Shown here piece by piece: positions 1 to 9,712 of a stretch of 40,460 nt of DNA. The stretch spans positions 1 through 40,460 of the forward strand of contig CAZHPN010000036.1 in the NCBI GenBank assembly GCA_964534375.1. The letters are read 5' to 3'. The position numbers and the translations under genes are program-made. Below the pieces are notes generated by a model that saw nothing but the letters and a program-made list of their open reading frames with translations, was not told the origin of the DNA and did not search any database. Position 1 is the first letter of the stretch. The number at the start of each line of letters is the position of its first letter. The stretch is from an uncultured bacterium. GTDB lineage: Bacteria; Lernaellota; Lernaellaia; Lernaellales; Lernaellaceae.

Positions 1-364
1 CGGTTTCGAGGTGGCCGGTCAGGAGCGTCGTGACCAGGCCGGGCAGGCCGATTTCCTCGACCGTGCCGGGCGCGCGGCCGCGGCTGCCCTGGGCGCCGAC
101 GGTGATCCACGTCAGGTCGCGCGGATGGCCGGTTTTCTCGAAGAGCTCGCGGATCGCCCAGAAAAAAATCGAACAACGCGCGTTGCCGGCCATGCCGGAC
201 GAAAAGCACGTGGCGCCGTCGCGGATCAGCTTGGCCGCCTCGTGCGCCGTAATGAATTTTTTCGGGTCGAGGCCGGGTTGGCGATAGCCGGTGTCGCGGC
301 GGTTCCAGGTGAGACGCCAATGTGCGATGTGACCTAGGATGTACGCTTTCGTGAACAGGTTCAT
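1..364 (-). CDS. Acyl-CoA:acetate/propionate CoA-transferase (YdiF/Pct-like), N-terminal part; runs off the window start
   Basis: Not in the ORF track. Manual translation from ATG 364 (AAGGA RBS upstream) gives MNLFTKAYILGH...KKFITAHEAAKLIRDGATCFSSGMAG...FEKTGHPRDLTWITVGAQG, matching the family I CoA-transferase N-terminus. Open to position 1. Confidence 0.75.
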   Translation of the reverse strand, partial: MNLFTKAYILGHIAHWRLTWNRRDTGYRQPGLDPKKFITAHEAAKLIRDGATCFSSGMAGNARCSIFFWAIRELFEKTGHPRDLTWITVGAQGSRGRAPGTVEEIGLPGLVTTLLTGHLET

Positions 365-680
365 GCAGGCTTCCTTCTCGCGGATGAGAGAGCAAACGAA
401 CGAAGATCGGCAACCGTCGGCAGCGGCTGCTCATTAGTTTACGCTTTTAATGGGCTCTGCGATGAAGTTCAATCCGGGAAACGCAGCTTTTCTTGGGTTT
501 TTCTCCAGTTTTTTTGCAAACCGAACCATTTGGCGAAACGAGCGATTCTGGCGCGCGCGCATCTCGTCGCCATGGCCTTTCGCCTTGCAATGATAGCGGA
601 GGAGAAGAGGACGGCCAGCCGATCGAATCCCGGCGTCTCCACGGGCGGCGTTGGCCGCCCGGTGGAGACGGGAAAATCGG

Positions 681-1085
681 TTATTTCTTCTGCGGGGGCG
701 GCGTCTTTCCGGGAGGGGGCTGCGTGACGGTGTCCGGCCGGACGCGCTCGGTGAGCGGGTTCGGCGTCGTCAACGTCGTTTCCTTTTTTTCCTGGATTTT
801 CTGCGCGGCCGAATTGTCATATCGGTTCACAGTGGATGTATTCGGCTTGACCGCATCGGAAGCCGCCATGTCGTGGGTCGCCGCCGGCGCCGACGCCGCA
901 ATTTCGGTCATCCCCGGCGTCATGGCCCAGACGTGAAGTCGGGGCGCCCAGTAACTGCTCATGATCTCGAACGCCGACGCCTTCACCGGGACCGCCAACG
1001 TGAATGCCACGGCTAGAATCGCGAGATAGGTCAACATGTTGACGCTGTTTGAAATTCCATTTTGCGCGGTTCGCTTCTTTTCCAT
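681..1085 (-). CDS. Hypothetical secreted protein, Pro/Thr-rich C-terminus
   Basis: AAGGAGG RBS; hydrophobic stretch ending in an ASA signal-peptidase-like site; low-complexity tail. Confidence 0.65.
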   Translation of the reverse strand: MEKKRTAQNGISNSVNMLTYLAILAVAFTLAVPVKASAFEIMSSYWAPRLHVWAMTPGMTEIAASAPAATHDMAASDAVKPNTSTVNRYDNSAAQKIQEKKETTLTTPNPLTERVRPDTVTQPPPGKTPPPQKK

Positions 1086-1235
1086 CGTTCGCCTCCTTCA
1101 TTCAATGCCTTGAAACGCACCTTCGCGCGCCAAGGCTGTTATCGCGAGCAATTGAAAGTTAATCTCGATAAGCGGAAAAAGGAATGGCCGCCGGTTAATA
1201 AACCGGCTGGCGGGCGATCTTATAAGGCCATGATA

Positions 1236-1673
1236 TTACGAAACAATTTGATGCAGCAGTCGGAAGTAGTTTTGCACCAGGCTCCACTCGCGCCACAGGA
1301 CAAGGCCACCCATCGCTACGAGGATCACCACCAACACCGTCGGCAGCGTCAGCAGTGCGTGGATCACGTACTTGTCGGTCGCTTCGAACTCGCCGCGGTT
1401 GGCTTTTTGGGCGAGGCGGTACGCGTCGTAGATGCCCCAGAAGTAGCCGATGCCGCAGAAAAACGCCAAGAAGAACATCAGCAGCCCGCGGCCTAGATCG
1501 CCGACCCACAACTGGCCGGAGCCGGGACTCAACGCCGCAATCGCCGCCGCCGTGGCCGGGTTTTTGTAGGGCGCGGGCCGCCGGGCGCGGCGCGAGGCGC
1601 CGCCGACCTGCGTTCGCACGGTGGCCGGATTGTCGCCCGGCGTGGGCGGCAGATTCGGCGGTGGTTGCGCCAT
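1236..1673 (-). CDS. Small membrane protein (TM2/DUF5683-like KNP...PGxGQ...DAY pattern)
   Basis: KNPATAAAIAALSPGSGQLWVG...WGIYDAY motif, 2-3 hydrophobic helices, 4 bp downstream of moxR. Confidence 0.7.
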   Translation of the reverse strand: MAQPPPNLPPTPGDNPATVRTQVGGASRRARRPAPYKNPATAAAIAALSPGSGQLWVGDLGRGLLMFFLAFFCGIGYFWGIYDAYRLAQKANRGEFEATDKYVIHALLTLPTVLVVILVAMGGLVLWREWSLVQNYFRLLHQIVS

Positions 1674-1677
1674 GGCG

Positions 1678-2661
1678 TTATTTCACCAGCTTCTTCGCCA
1701 GTTCCGCCAGCAAATCGTCGGTCTTGATGCCCTCGGCGTCGCCTTCGAACGACAGCAGCAAGCGGTGGCGCAGGCAAATGCCGAGGGCGTCGCGGACGTC
1801 GTCGACGCTCGGCGCGTAGCGGCCGTCGATGAGCGCGGCGACCTTGGCGACGCGCAGCAGGGCCTGGCCGCCGCGGGGGCTGGAGCCGTAGCGGACGTAT
1901 TTCTTGACCGACTCCGGCGCGTGCTCGTTGTCGGGGTGCGTGGCGAGCACGAGTTTGGCGACGATTTCGCGGATGTGATCGGGCACGGGCAACTCGGCGG
2001 CAAGCTGCTGCACGGCGCAGATTTGCGGCCCGTCGAGCACCTTCTTCGCCGATGGCGTTTCGACGCCGGTCGTGCGGTCGAGGATCGCCATCATTTCCTG
2101 GTGATTGGGGTATTGGATCAAAATCTTGGTCAGGAAGCGGTCGACCTGCGCCTCGGGCAGCGGATAGGTGCCTTCCATTTCGATCGGGTTTTGCGTGGCG
2201 ATGACGAAGAACGGCGGGGCGAGGTCGAAGGTCGTGCCGGCGGCGGTCACGGCGTGTTCCTGCATCGCTTGCAGCAGCGCCGATTGCGTTTTGGGCGTGG
2301 CGCGGTTGATTTCGTCGGCGAGGACGATCTGCGCGAAAATCGGGCCCTTCTGGAATTCGAAGCGCTTCCGGCCGCCCGCATCCTCGACGATGATGTTGGT
2401 GCCGAGGATGTCCATCGGCATCAGGTCGGGCGTGAACTGGATGCGGTTCGTCGAGAGGTGGAAGACCTGGCCGAGCGTCGAGACCAGCAGCGTCTTGCCG
2501 AGGCCCGGCACGCCCTCGATCAGCGCGTGGCCGCCGGCGAAGACCGTCTTGAGCAGGTCGAGCACCACCGGCCGCTGGCCGACGATCACCTGGCCGATCT
2601 GCTCGGTGATCTGCGCGAACTGCTTGGAAAACTCAGCGACCCGGGCTTTGTAATCGGACAT
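1678..2661 (-). CDS. moxR: MoxR family AAA+ ATPase
   Basis: Walker A GVPGLGKT, RIQFTPDLMP, Walker B LADEINRATPKTQSALL, ATQNPIEMEGTYPLPEAQVDRF. Confidence 0.96.
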   Translation of the reverse strand: MSDYKARVAEFSKQFAQITEQIGQVIVGQRPVVLDLLKTVFAGGHALIEGVPGLGKTLLVSTLGQVFHLSTNRIQFTPDLMPMDILGTNIIVEDAGGRKRFEFQKGPIFAQIVLADEINRATPKTQSALLQAMQEHAVTAAGTTFDLAPPFFVIATQNPIEMEGTYPLPEAQVDRFLTKILIQYPNHQEMMAILDRTTGVETPSAKKVLDGPQICAVQQLAAELPVPDHIREIVAKLVLATHPDNEHAPESVKKYVRYGSSPRGGQALLRVAKVAALIDGRYAPSVDDVRDALGICLRHRLLLSFEGDAEGIKTDDLLAELAKKLVK

Positions 2662-2664
2662 GCC

Positions 2665-5256
2665 TCATCCTCCCAGAATGCCGCGCCGAATGAGCAGGGC
2701 CAGCAGCATAGCGCCCAGCGCGACGTACAGCAAATACGGCTGCAACGGTTTATGAATCGGGTATTCGACATCCGGCTCGGCGAAGGCCTCGGCCGGCGAC
2801 GGATCGAGTTTGCCGCCCGTGATCGTCGCGACGCTTTGCAGCAGCGCGCGGTCGGGCTGCACGGCGACGAATTCCTGCGGCGGCTGCAGATTGATCTGGC
2901 CGACGCCCTGGCTGCCGCGCCCCGCGCCGCCGGCCGGCGCCACGCGCAAGCTGTAAACGCCGTAATCCGCCAGCGGGAAGCGCGCTTCGTAGCCGCCCGG
3001 CCGCGCCTGCGCCAGCGCGACGCTGCTTTCCTCGCCGTCCGGCGCGACGACCTTCAGGTTCAGCCCGGCGTCGTTGAGGAAGTTGCCGTACTGGTCGGTG
3101 GCGTCGACCTTCACCGCGGCGGTTTCGTCCTCGTTGCGGGCCTCGATGCGGTAGTTGCGCAGCGCCAGATCGGCGAGCGAGCCCTTGAGCAGCCGCGACA
3201 TCACGGTCGCGTACTGCGGCCACGTCCGCCAGGCGCGCGCCCAGCCGGCGCCGGAATCGGTGCACAGCGCCGTGACGCGGCCCAGGCCGAAGCGCCAGCG
3301 CGTCAGCAGCGGCTCGCCGCGGTCGGCGGTCACGAAGACTTCGCCGGTCGGCTTGGCGTCGGCGGGGTTGTAGCCGATGAGGTCGGGAATCACCGCGAGG
3401 TCGAGGCCGTCGAGCATGTCGCCTTTTTTCAGCAATTCGGGCGTGAACTTCTTCTCGACGACGCCGGTCTTGGTGATTTCTTTCGCCTCTTCCATGAAGA
3501 TGCGCGGAATCTGCGTGAAGTCTTCGGTGTAATAGAAACGGCCCTGGCCGACGGCCGCGATCTTTTTCATGTGCTCGCGATCGGCTTCTTTGCCCAGGCC
3601 CACGGTCGAGATGGTGATTTTCTTCGACGCCATCCAGTGAATCAGGTGGCCCCATTGCGCGAAGGTGGTCGTGGAAAGCCCGTCGGACATGATGATGATG
3701 TGCCGCACCTTCGCCTTGTCTTCCTTCAAGACCTTGTACGCCTCGGCGACGGCCGGATAGAGCGACGTGCCGCCGTCGACGCCGAAGGTGCGCAGCAGCT
3801 CTTGCATCTTCTTCTTGTTCGCGGCGTCGCCGACCGGCTGCATCGGAATCGCCCAGCGGGGGAAGTCGTCGAAGAGGAGCACGCCGATGCGGCTTTTTTC
3901 GTCGAGGGCGTTGATCGTTTCCGTGGCCGCCAGCACGGCCATCGCGAACTTGCGTTCGCGGCCCATCGACGCCGACTTGTCGATGATCAAAATCAGCGTC
4001 ACCGGGTTGGGCTCGGTCTTTTTCTTCTCTTTGAAGTTGACCGGCATCATCTTTTTGATTGGCGCGTCGAGTTCTTTTTTGCTCAATTCGCCGGTGTTGT
4101 CGCCGCCGATGACCAGCGCGCCGCCGCCGTCCTTCACGTACTGCGTCAGCGCCTCTTGTTGCGCGCGCGGCAACGTCTTCCAATTGATGTCGGACAGAAT
4201 CACCGCGTCGTAGCCCGCCAGCCCCGCCGCCGAACGCGGAATCGCCGACTCCGGCGCCGGTTCGACGCGCAGCGCCGAACTGTCGAGCGCCTCGACCAGC
4301 GGCAGATCGGCGTCGGGCTTGTTCGAAAACAGCGCGGCCCGCGGCGCCGAGTCGATGTGCAGCGCGGCCGAGAGCTTGTTGTTCTCGGGGTGCATGTCGC
4401 CCTCGGCGTCGACCGCCGCCGTGAACGTGGCCGCGGCCTGGTTGCCGACGACGGTTTCGGTCTCGAACGTGTTGCGGCCGACGACCAGCGGCGCGGCCTG
4501 GCTGAAGACGCTCTTGCCGGCGAGCGTCAACGTCACGCGCGCGTTCGTCGCAAAATTCGAGGTGATCACCGCGCCGACCTTGATGCGTTCGCCGGGCCGC
4601 GCCGCCGCCGGCACGGACACCGACTCGACGTAGGCGTCGAGGTCGGCCCGCGTGTTCAGCACCACCGAACTCACCGCCACGCCGTGCGCCGCGGCGACCG
4701 TCGCCTGCGCCGCCAGATCGCCGTCGGTCTGATTGCCGTCGGTCAGCAGCACCACGCGCCGCGTCGAGCCCTCGGGGAACATTTCGATCGACTGCTGCAA
4801 CGCCCGCGCGATGTTGGTGCCGATGGTCTCCGCCGGGCGCTCGATCGCCGGCGCGGCGGCGCCCGTCGTCGGCAGCAACTGCGGCTGGCGGCTGAACACC
4901 AGCGTGCGCGTCCAGGTCTCGCCCTTGAGGCCGTAGGCTTGGTTGACCCATTCGCGGGCCCGCGCGAGTTCCGCGTCCGGAATCGACGCCGAGCCGTCGA
5001 CGATCAGCGTAACGGCGAGATGTTTCTCTTTTTTCGTGTGCGTCAGTTCAGCGTAGGCGAAGCCGAGCGCGACGCACGTGACGCTCGTGACCGCGATCAA
5101 CGCCCACCGCGACAGCGGCCCCATCATCAGCCGGCTGCGGCGCGCCAGCAGCGCGAACGCGACGAGGCCCAGCGCCACGGCGACGCCGATGCCGATCGTC
5201 GCGCGCGGCGACGCGGCCAGGGACAAGCCCTTTAGGTACTCAAGCCAGACGGCCAT
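2665..5256 (-). CDS. Membrane-anchored double-VWA protein with glutamine-amidotransferase-like (DUF1355-type) domain
   Basis: MIDAS motifs DGSAS and DKSASM, TDG/SDG, YDAVILSD...GGGALVIGG, WRFGLGR, N- and C-terminal TM helices. Start taken as ATG 5256. Confidence 0.88.
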   Translation of the reverse strand: MAVWLEYLKGLSLAASPRATIGIGVAVALGLVAFALLARRSRLMMGPLSRWALIAVTSVTCVALGFAYAELTHTKKEKHLAVTLIVDGSASIPDAELARAREWVNQAYGLKGETWTRTLVFSRQPQLLPTTGAAAPAIERPAETIGTNIARALQQSIEMFPEGSTRRVVLLTDGNQTDGDLAAQATVAAAHGVAVSSVVLNTRADLDAYVESVSVPAAARPGERIKVGAVITSNFATNARVTLTLAGKSVFSQAAPLVVGRNTFETETVVGNQAAATFTAAVDAEGDMHPENNKLSAALHIDSAPRAALFSNKPDADLPLVEALDSSALRVEPAPESAIPRSAAGLAGYDAVILSDINWKTLPRAQQEALTQYVKDGGGALVIGGDNTGELSKKELDAPIKKMMPVNFKEKKKTEPNPVTLILIIDKSASMGRERKFAMAVLAATETINALDEKSRIGVLLFDDFPRWAIPMQPVGDAANKKKMQELLRTFGVDGGTSLYPAVAEAYKVLKEDKAKVRHIIIMSDGLSTTTFAQWGHLIHWMASKKITISTVGLGKEADREHMKKIAAVGQGRFYYTEDFTQIPRIFMEEAKEITKTGVVEKKFTPELLKKGDMLDGLDLAVIPDLIGYNPADAKPTGEVFVTADRGEPLLTRWRFGLGRVTALCTDSGAGWARAWRTWPQYATVMSRLLKGSLADLALRNYRIEARNEDETAAVKVDATDQYGNFLNDAGLNLKVVAPDGEESSVALAQARPGGYEARFPLADYGVYSLRVAPAGGAGRGSQGVGQINLQPPQEFVAVQPDRALLQSVATITGGKLDPSPAEAFAEPDVEYPIHKPLQPYLLYVALGAMLLALLIRRGILGG

Positions 5257-7099
5257 AGAAAAACAACGCCAGGTCGACGAAGGCCAGGGCCAGCGCCGCC
5301 AGAATGAAGTACGGCCAATAGGTCTCGGTCGCCGCCTTCGCTGATTTTTTCGCGAACGCCGGCATGCTCTCGCCCGGCGCGGTTTGCAAATTCGACTCTT
5401 CGGGATCGGCCAGGCTCGCCGCGAAAACGCGGGTCGCGCCGGCATCGGCGTAGGAATAGAAGCCCGGCGTCATCGGCCGGAACGAAGCCAGCCCGGCGCG
5501 GACCGGCACGACGATTTTTTGGTCGAGCGGGTCTTGCAGCACCAGCTGCTGGCGCCCGGCGGTCGCGGCCAGATCGACCTTCTCGCCGATTTTGTAGCCC
5601 GTGGTGATTTCGCCCTCGGGCCGCGCCGCGAAGATGTGCACGATGTTGTGCATCAGGATCGGAAACGCGGCCTGCACCGGCAGGTCGGTGTTGGCCAGAT
5701 CGAAGCCGAAGCCGAGCGACAGCCGGTCGCCGTCCTTGCGCAGCAGCAGCAGCGCGCCGTCGTAGTGGCCCATCAGGGTCACGTCGTCGGCGCGGGGCGC
5801 GAGGATATTCGCCTCGAGGATCGTCAGCGACTGCATCGCCACGTGTTGCAGCAGCGGGTGGCCGTCCGCCCAACTCGTCGTTGCCGGCTTTTGCTTGGCG
5901 GCTTTGATGGCGAACGGCCCGCCGGCCTTCGCCGCGAAATACACCGCATTGCACGCCGGCGGCTGCGGCGGGGTGAACTTGTCGAAAATGGCGACATCGA
6001 CGCTCGCCGCCGTGGCGGGCGTGTAATCGCCGGGTTTGATCGAGAGCAACTCGATTTCCGGATCGAGCGCGAGCGCGTTGTACAGAAAAACGTTCTTGGC
6101 CGAAACCAGCAGCACGCGCACTTTGTGTTGCGGCGGCAGGAACGCGAAGGCCACGTCGTCGCTCGGCAGCGCGTCCGCCGCGCCGTCGTCGAACCGGGTG
6201 TTGCGGAGCACGGCCGTCAACTTGCCCGCGGCGCCGAACGGCAGGCCGATCGTCTTCGAGAAATGCTCGCCGGGTTTCAACGCCAACGCCTGCACACCGA
6301 GCGTTTGCAGCGGCGTGAACAACGCCAACTCCGAATGCACCGGCTGCTCGGAAAAATTCTGCACCTCGACCAGCGCTTCGTACGCCGACGAGAGATTGAT
6401 CGTCTGCCGCACGGCAAACGCGGTGATCGCGAGATTCGCCGCGGGCGCGCCGACGGCGACCGTGTGCTTTTCGACGCCCGGCGCCTCGGGCCAGGCGATC
6501 TGGTCGGGGCGATCGGTCAGGGCGATGAGCCACTTCTCGTCTTTCTCGCCGACGCCGGCGTAGTCGAACGCGGCCAGTGCGTAGGCGATCGCGTCGCCCC
6601 ACTTGGACTTGCCGCCGCCGGACCGCAAATCGGCCAACGCTTTTTTCAATTCCTCGCGGTTGGGCGTGAACGGCGTCAACGCCTCGACCGCGGAGCCGGC
6701 GGCGACGATCATCACGCGGTCGACCGGCGACAACGAACCGATCATCTGCCACGCCTGCCGCTCGGCGTGGCGCAGGCGCGAGGCGTCGCCGTCGCGCGCC
6801 GACATGCTCTCGGAGGTGTCGAAGAGCACCGCGATCCAGCGCCGGTTCACCGCATCCGCCGGCGGCCGCGGATCGACCAGCGCCAGGCACACCAGCAGCA
6901 GCAACGCCAATTGAACGAGCAGGCTCAGCAACTCCTGCCAGAACGAATTGACCACGCCCATCACTTTGCGCCAGATGAGCGTCGAACTGACCGCGCGCCC
7001 GCTGCGCGCCAGTCGCAGCAGGAAGATCGCGACCACGGCCGCCGCGAGCGAGCCGTAGAGGACGCCGAACGTCGTCCAGGAAATGCCGTGCGCGATCAT
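5240..7099 (-). CDS. BatA-like N-terminal domain / VWA domain membrane protein
   Basis: VSSTLIW (BatA-type), DTSESM MIDAS motif, LTD, C-terminal TM helix; coupled to neighbouring genes. Confidence 0.88.
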   Translation of the reverse strand: MIAHGISWTTFGVLYGSLAAAVVAIFLLRLARSGRAVSSTLIWRKVMGVVNSFWQELLSLLVQLALLLLVCLALVDPRPPADAVNRRWIAVLFDTSESMSARDGDASRLRHAERQAWQMIGSLSPVDRVMIVAAGSAVEALTPFTPNREELKKALADLRSGGGKSKWGDAIAYALAAFDYAGVGEKDEKWLIALTDRPDQIAWPEAPGVEKHTVAVGAPAANLAITAFAVRQTINLSSAYEALVEVQNFSEQPVHSELALFTPLQTLGVQALALKPGEHFSKTIGLPFGAAGKLTAVLRNTRFDDGAADALPSDDVAFAFLPPQHKVRVLLVSAKNVFLYNALALDPEIELLSIKPGDYTPATAASVDVAIFDKFTPPQPPACNAVYFAAKAGGPFAIKAAKQKPATTSWADGHPLLQHVAMQSLTILEANILAPRADDVTLMGHYDGALLLLRKDGDRLSLGFGFDLANTDLPVQAAFPILMHNIVHIFAARPEGEITTGYKIGEKVDLAATAGRQQLVLQDPLDQKIVVPVRAGLASFRPMTPGFYSYADAGATRVFAASLADPEESNLQTAPGESMPAFAKKSAKAATETYWPYFILAALALAFVDLALFFYGRLA

Positions 7100-7974
7100 T
7101 TGACGAAATGCCCCTGCCGGAAAACGGTCAAAATCAAGTCTTCAAACGGAATCGACGTGCGCGCGTACACGTAATCGCAGCGCAGCGCGTGGCAAACCGA
7201 CCGCAAGTGGTCTTGATATTTTTCGTATTCGGCGTGGTACTTCTTCAACGTCCGGCCGCCGATGGTGACCTGCAAACGCTGGTGCGTCTCGCTGTCGGTC
7301 ATCATCATCGTGCCCCGCCATTTCGGATCGGCCTCGTAGTCGTGGTGCAGGCAGATCGCCGCGAGATCGAAACCCGCCGAATACGCGGTCTTCAAGGCGC
7401 GTTCGTAGCCCGCTTCGTCCCAGAAGTCCGATACGGCGACCAGCAAGCCCTTCGATTTGGTGCGGCTCGCGAAGGCCTTGAAGCATTTCTCCATGTCGGT
7501 GCGCGGCGCCGGCTGCAGATTTTCCAGGTAGTCGAAGATTTTCAGGATTTGACCTTTGCCGCGCGTCAGTTGCATTTCCGGCAGCAACTCGTCGCCGAAG
7601 GGCTGAATCGCCGCGAGATCGAGATTCGCCAGCGAAACGTACGCCAGCGCGGCCACGGCCTTGCGCGCGTAATCGAATTTGCTCGGGTGGCCGTACGCCA
7701 TCGACTGGCTGGCGTCGAGCATGAAATAGACGTTGAGGTTTTCCTCTTCGTGGAACAGCTTCGTGACCAGGTGCCCGACGCGCGCGTACAAGTTCCAGTC
7801 CAGATAGCGCGGGTCGTCGCCGGGCGCGTAATCGCGGTAATCGGCGAACTCCATGCCCCAGCCGACTTTTTTCGTGCGCGTTTCGGCCTTGTTCTTGCCG
7901 GCGAACAGCTTCTTCGAGAGCACGTAGAGGTACTCGAGCTTTTTGAGAAATTCGTCGTCGAACAGCCGGCTCAA
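7096..7974 (-). CDS. DUF58 domain protein
   Basis: GMEFADYRDYAPGDDPRYLDWN, DASQSM, VSDF motifs. Confidence 0.94.
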   Translation of the reverse strand: MSRLFDDEFLKKLEYLYVLSKKLFAGKNKAETRTKKVGWGMEFADYRDYAPGDDPRYLDWNLYARVGHLVTKLFHEEENLNVYFMLDASQSMAYGHPSKFDYARKAVAALAYVSLANLDLAAIQPFGDELLPEMQLTRGKGQILKIFDYLENLQPAPRTDMEKCFKAFASRTKSKGLLVAVSDFWDEAGYERALKTAYSAGFDLAAICLHHDYEADPKWRGTMMMTDSETHQRLQVTIGGRTLKKYHAEYEKYQDHLRSVCHALRCDYVYARTSIPFEDLILTVFRQGHFVK

Positions 7975-8053
7975 CTCATTCGCTCCCGCGTCGTCCGGCC
8001 GCGAACCGGAAAACTGCGAAGGGGGTGAAGATCCGGAAATCTGCCGCGGAAGG

Positions 8054-9712
8054 TCACTTCAAACCTGGCATCTGATCCGGGGATATGGATTGCAAATACC
8101 GCTGCACATAGGCGCGGACCGAAACGGGAATCGTCTGATCCTGCAAGCGCTCTTGCGCGTCGGCCTGAAAGACCCGCATCAACGCCGACAGCGCGCCGGC
8201 GTTGCCGGCCTCGGCGTCTTCGAAAATCTGCACCGACGATTTGCCGTCGCCCAGTTGGCCCGCCAGCATTTCCTTCGGGCCCTGGCTCGGCGTTTCCTCG
8301 TGCTTGACCTTGATCGCGCCGCGGAACGTGCCGCCGCCCTGGCCCGCCCGCATCGTGGCGCCCGGCTGCACCTGGTTGCCGACGTCGTTGGTCAGCTTGA
8401 CGCCGCGGTTCATGTCGTCGGTCGGCTCGACCATGCGCAGTTGCGCATTGGGCGGCAGTTGCTGGCCCTGGTCGGCCGCGAGCGCGTTTTGCGGCGTTTG
8501 GTTCGGATTGTCTTTCTGCTGCTGCTTTTTCTCGTCGAGGACATCTTCCTTGGCCTGGACCAGGCGCGCCAGGTGCTTCGCGTACTCGTGGAGAAACTCG
8601 GCCATCGACTGCGTTTGCGCGGCGTGCGTCGCGTCGCGGAAAATTGCCTCGTGGTCGCGATCGACGCCCGTGCCCTGGTTGTGGGCCATCGGCGACCCGC
8701 CGAACGAATCCGCCATCGCCAGTTCCTGCCCGCCATAGTCGGCTTTGACCGCCTGGTCCGCCATCGATTTCGATAATTCCATCGTCGCCGTGAGGTGCGG
8801 GTCTTTGTCGAGGAAGGATTCATCCAGTTGCGAGAAAGCCATGCGCATCGACGAGTCGATATTCGGGTCGACGTCGCCGAGCGCGCGCGCGTCCGACGGG
8901 TGCAGGCGATCGCTGTTGCGCACCGCCGGCAGGCCGTCCGCGCCCAGAATGCGCGGCGCCTTGGCCGCCTCGCCTTTCGGCGTTTCCCGATAGATCGTCT
9001 CCGGCAGCTCCGGCTCTTTTTGCGGTTCCTTGGCGGCGGCTTCGCGGGCCTTTTCGCGCAATTCGGTCAGGCGCGCGCGCCAGTCGCCGATCAAGCCGCG
9101 CAGATTCGCCAGCGCCGGCAGCATGACCCCGGCGCCGGGCAGCTCGCGAAAGCCGTCTTCCGCGAGTTCCGCGGGCAGCGTCGGCGGCACGACGCCGGCG
9201 AACTCGGGCCGCGGCGGCGTCTTGAACAACGAGGCGAGATCGATCGCCGCGGCCAGATAAAGCAGCGGCAGGAGCAGCAGGAGCATCGCCACGCGCTTCG
9301 TGTGCCCGCGGCTCCAGAGGGGAATCAGCGCCCCGGGCCGCACGCCGGCCGCCGCGTCTTCCGCGTCGGCGATCGCCAATTCCATCAACGGCGAACGCTG
9401 CGCGCGGCGGCCGAAATCGAGCGCGTTGGTCAGCCGGTCTTTCAGCTCGCCCCGTTGGTCGAGCAGCCGCGACAGCCGCCGCGTCGACAGGCCGAACGCC
9501 GCGAACGTGATCGCGACGGCGACGGTCAGTCCGGCGATCGCGTCGAGCGCGCCGATCGTCCGGCCCGCGCCGAGCAACCCCAACGAGTGCGCCAGCGCGG
9601 CCAGCGCCGCGACCGCGGCGCCGATCGGCAGAGCGTACGACCCCGCCAACAGAAAACGGCCGAAAAACTCGCGCACACGCGTACGCGCGATCAGATGATT
9701 AGTCAGAACCAC
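8054..9712 (-). CDS. Hypothetical membrane/coiled-coil protein heading the MoxR operon
   Basis: GTG 9712 after GAGG; N-terminal TM helices, LDQRGELKDRLTNA, C-terminal IPVSVRAYVQRYL, as seen in MoxR-VWA partner proteins. Confidence 0.75.
   Translation of the reverse strand: MVLTNHLIARTRVREFFGRFLLAGSYALPIGAAVAALAALAHSLGLLGAGRTIGALDAIAGLTVAVAITFAAFGLSTRRLSRLLDQRGELKDRLTNALDFGRRAQRSPLMELAIADAEDAAAGVRPGALIPLWSRGHTKRVAMLLLLLPLLYLAAAIDLASLFKTPPRPEFAGVVPPTLPAELAEDGFRELPGAGVMLPALANLRGLIGDWRARLTELREKAREAAAKEPQKEPELPETIYRETPKGEAAKAPRILGADGLPAVRNSDRLHPSDARALGDVDPNIDSSMRMAFSQLDESFLDKDPHLTATMELSKSMADQAVKADYGGQELAMADSFGGSPMAHNQGTGVDRDHEAIFRDATHAAQTQSMAEFLHEYAKHLARLVQAKEDVLDEKKQQQKDNPNQTPQNALAADQGQQLPPNAQLRMVEPTDDMNRGVKLTNDVGNQVQPGATMRAGQGGGTFRGAIKVKHEETPSQGPKEMLAGQLGDGKSSVQIFEDAEAGNAGALSALMRVFQADAQERLQDQTIPVSVRAYVQRYLQSISPDQMPGLK

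Noticed and set aside
635..670. GC-rich hairpin CGTCTCCACGGGCGGC-GTTG-GCCGCCCGGTGGAGACG as an intrinsic terminator
   Set aside because: The stem is real and lies downstream of 681-1085, but no U-tract follows on either strand, so a terminator call is unsupported.
1621..5235. 1204-aa plus-strand ORF, and similar long ORFs at 5384-7174, 12159-14723, 23355-26285 and 32971-34722
   Set aside because: Antisense shadows of well-supported genes in high-GC DNA; no recognisable motifs.
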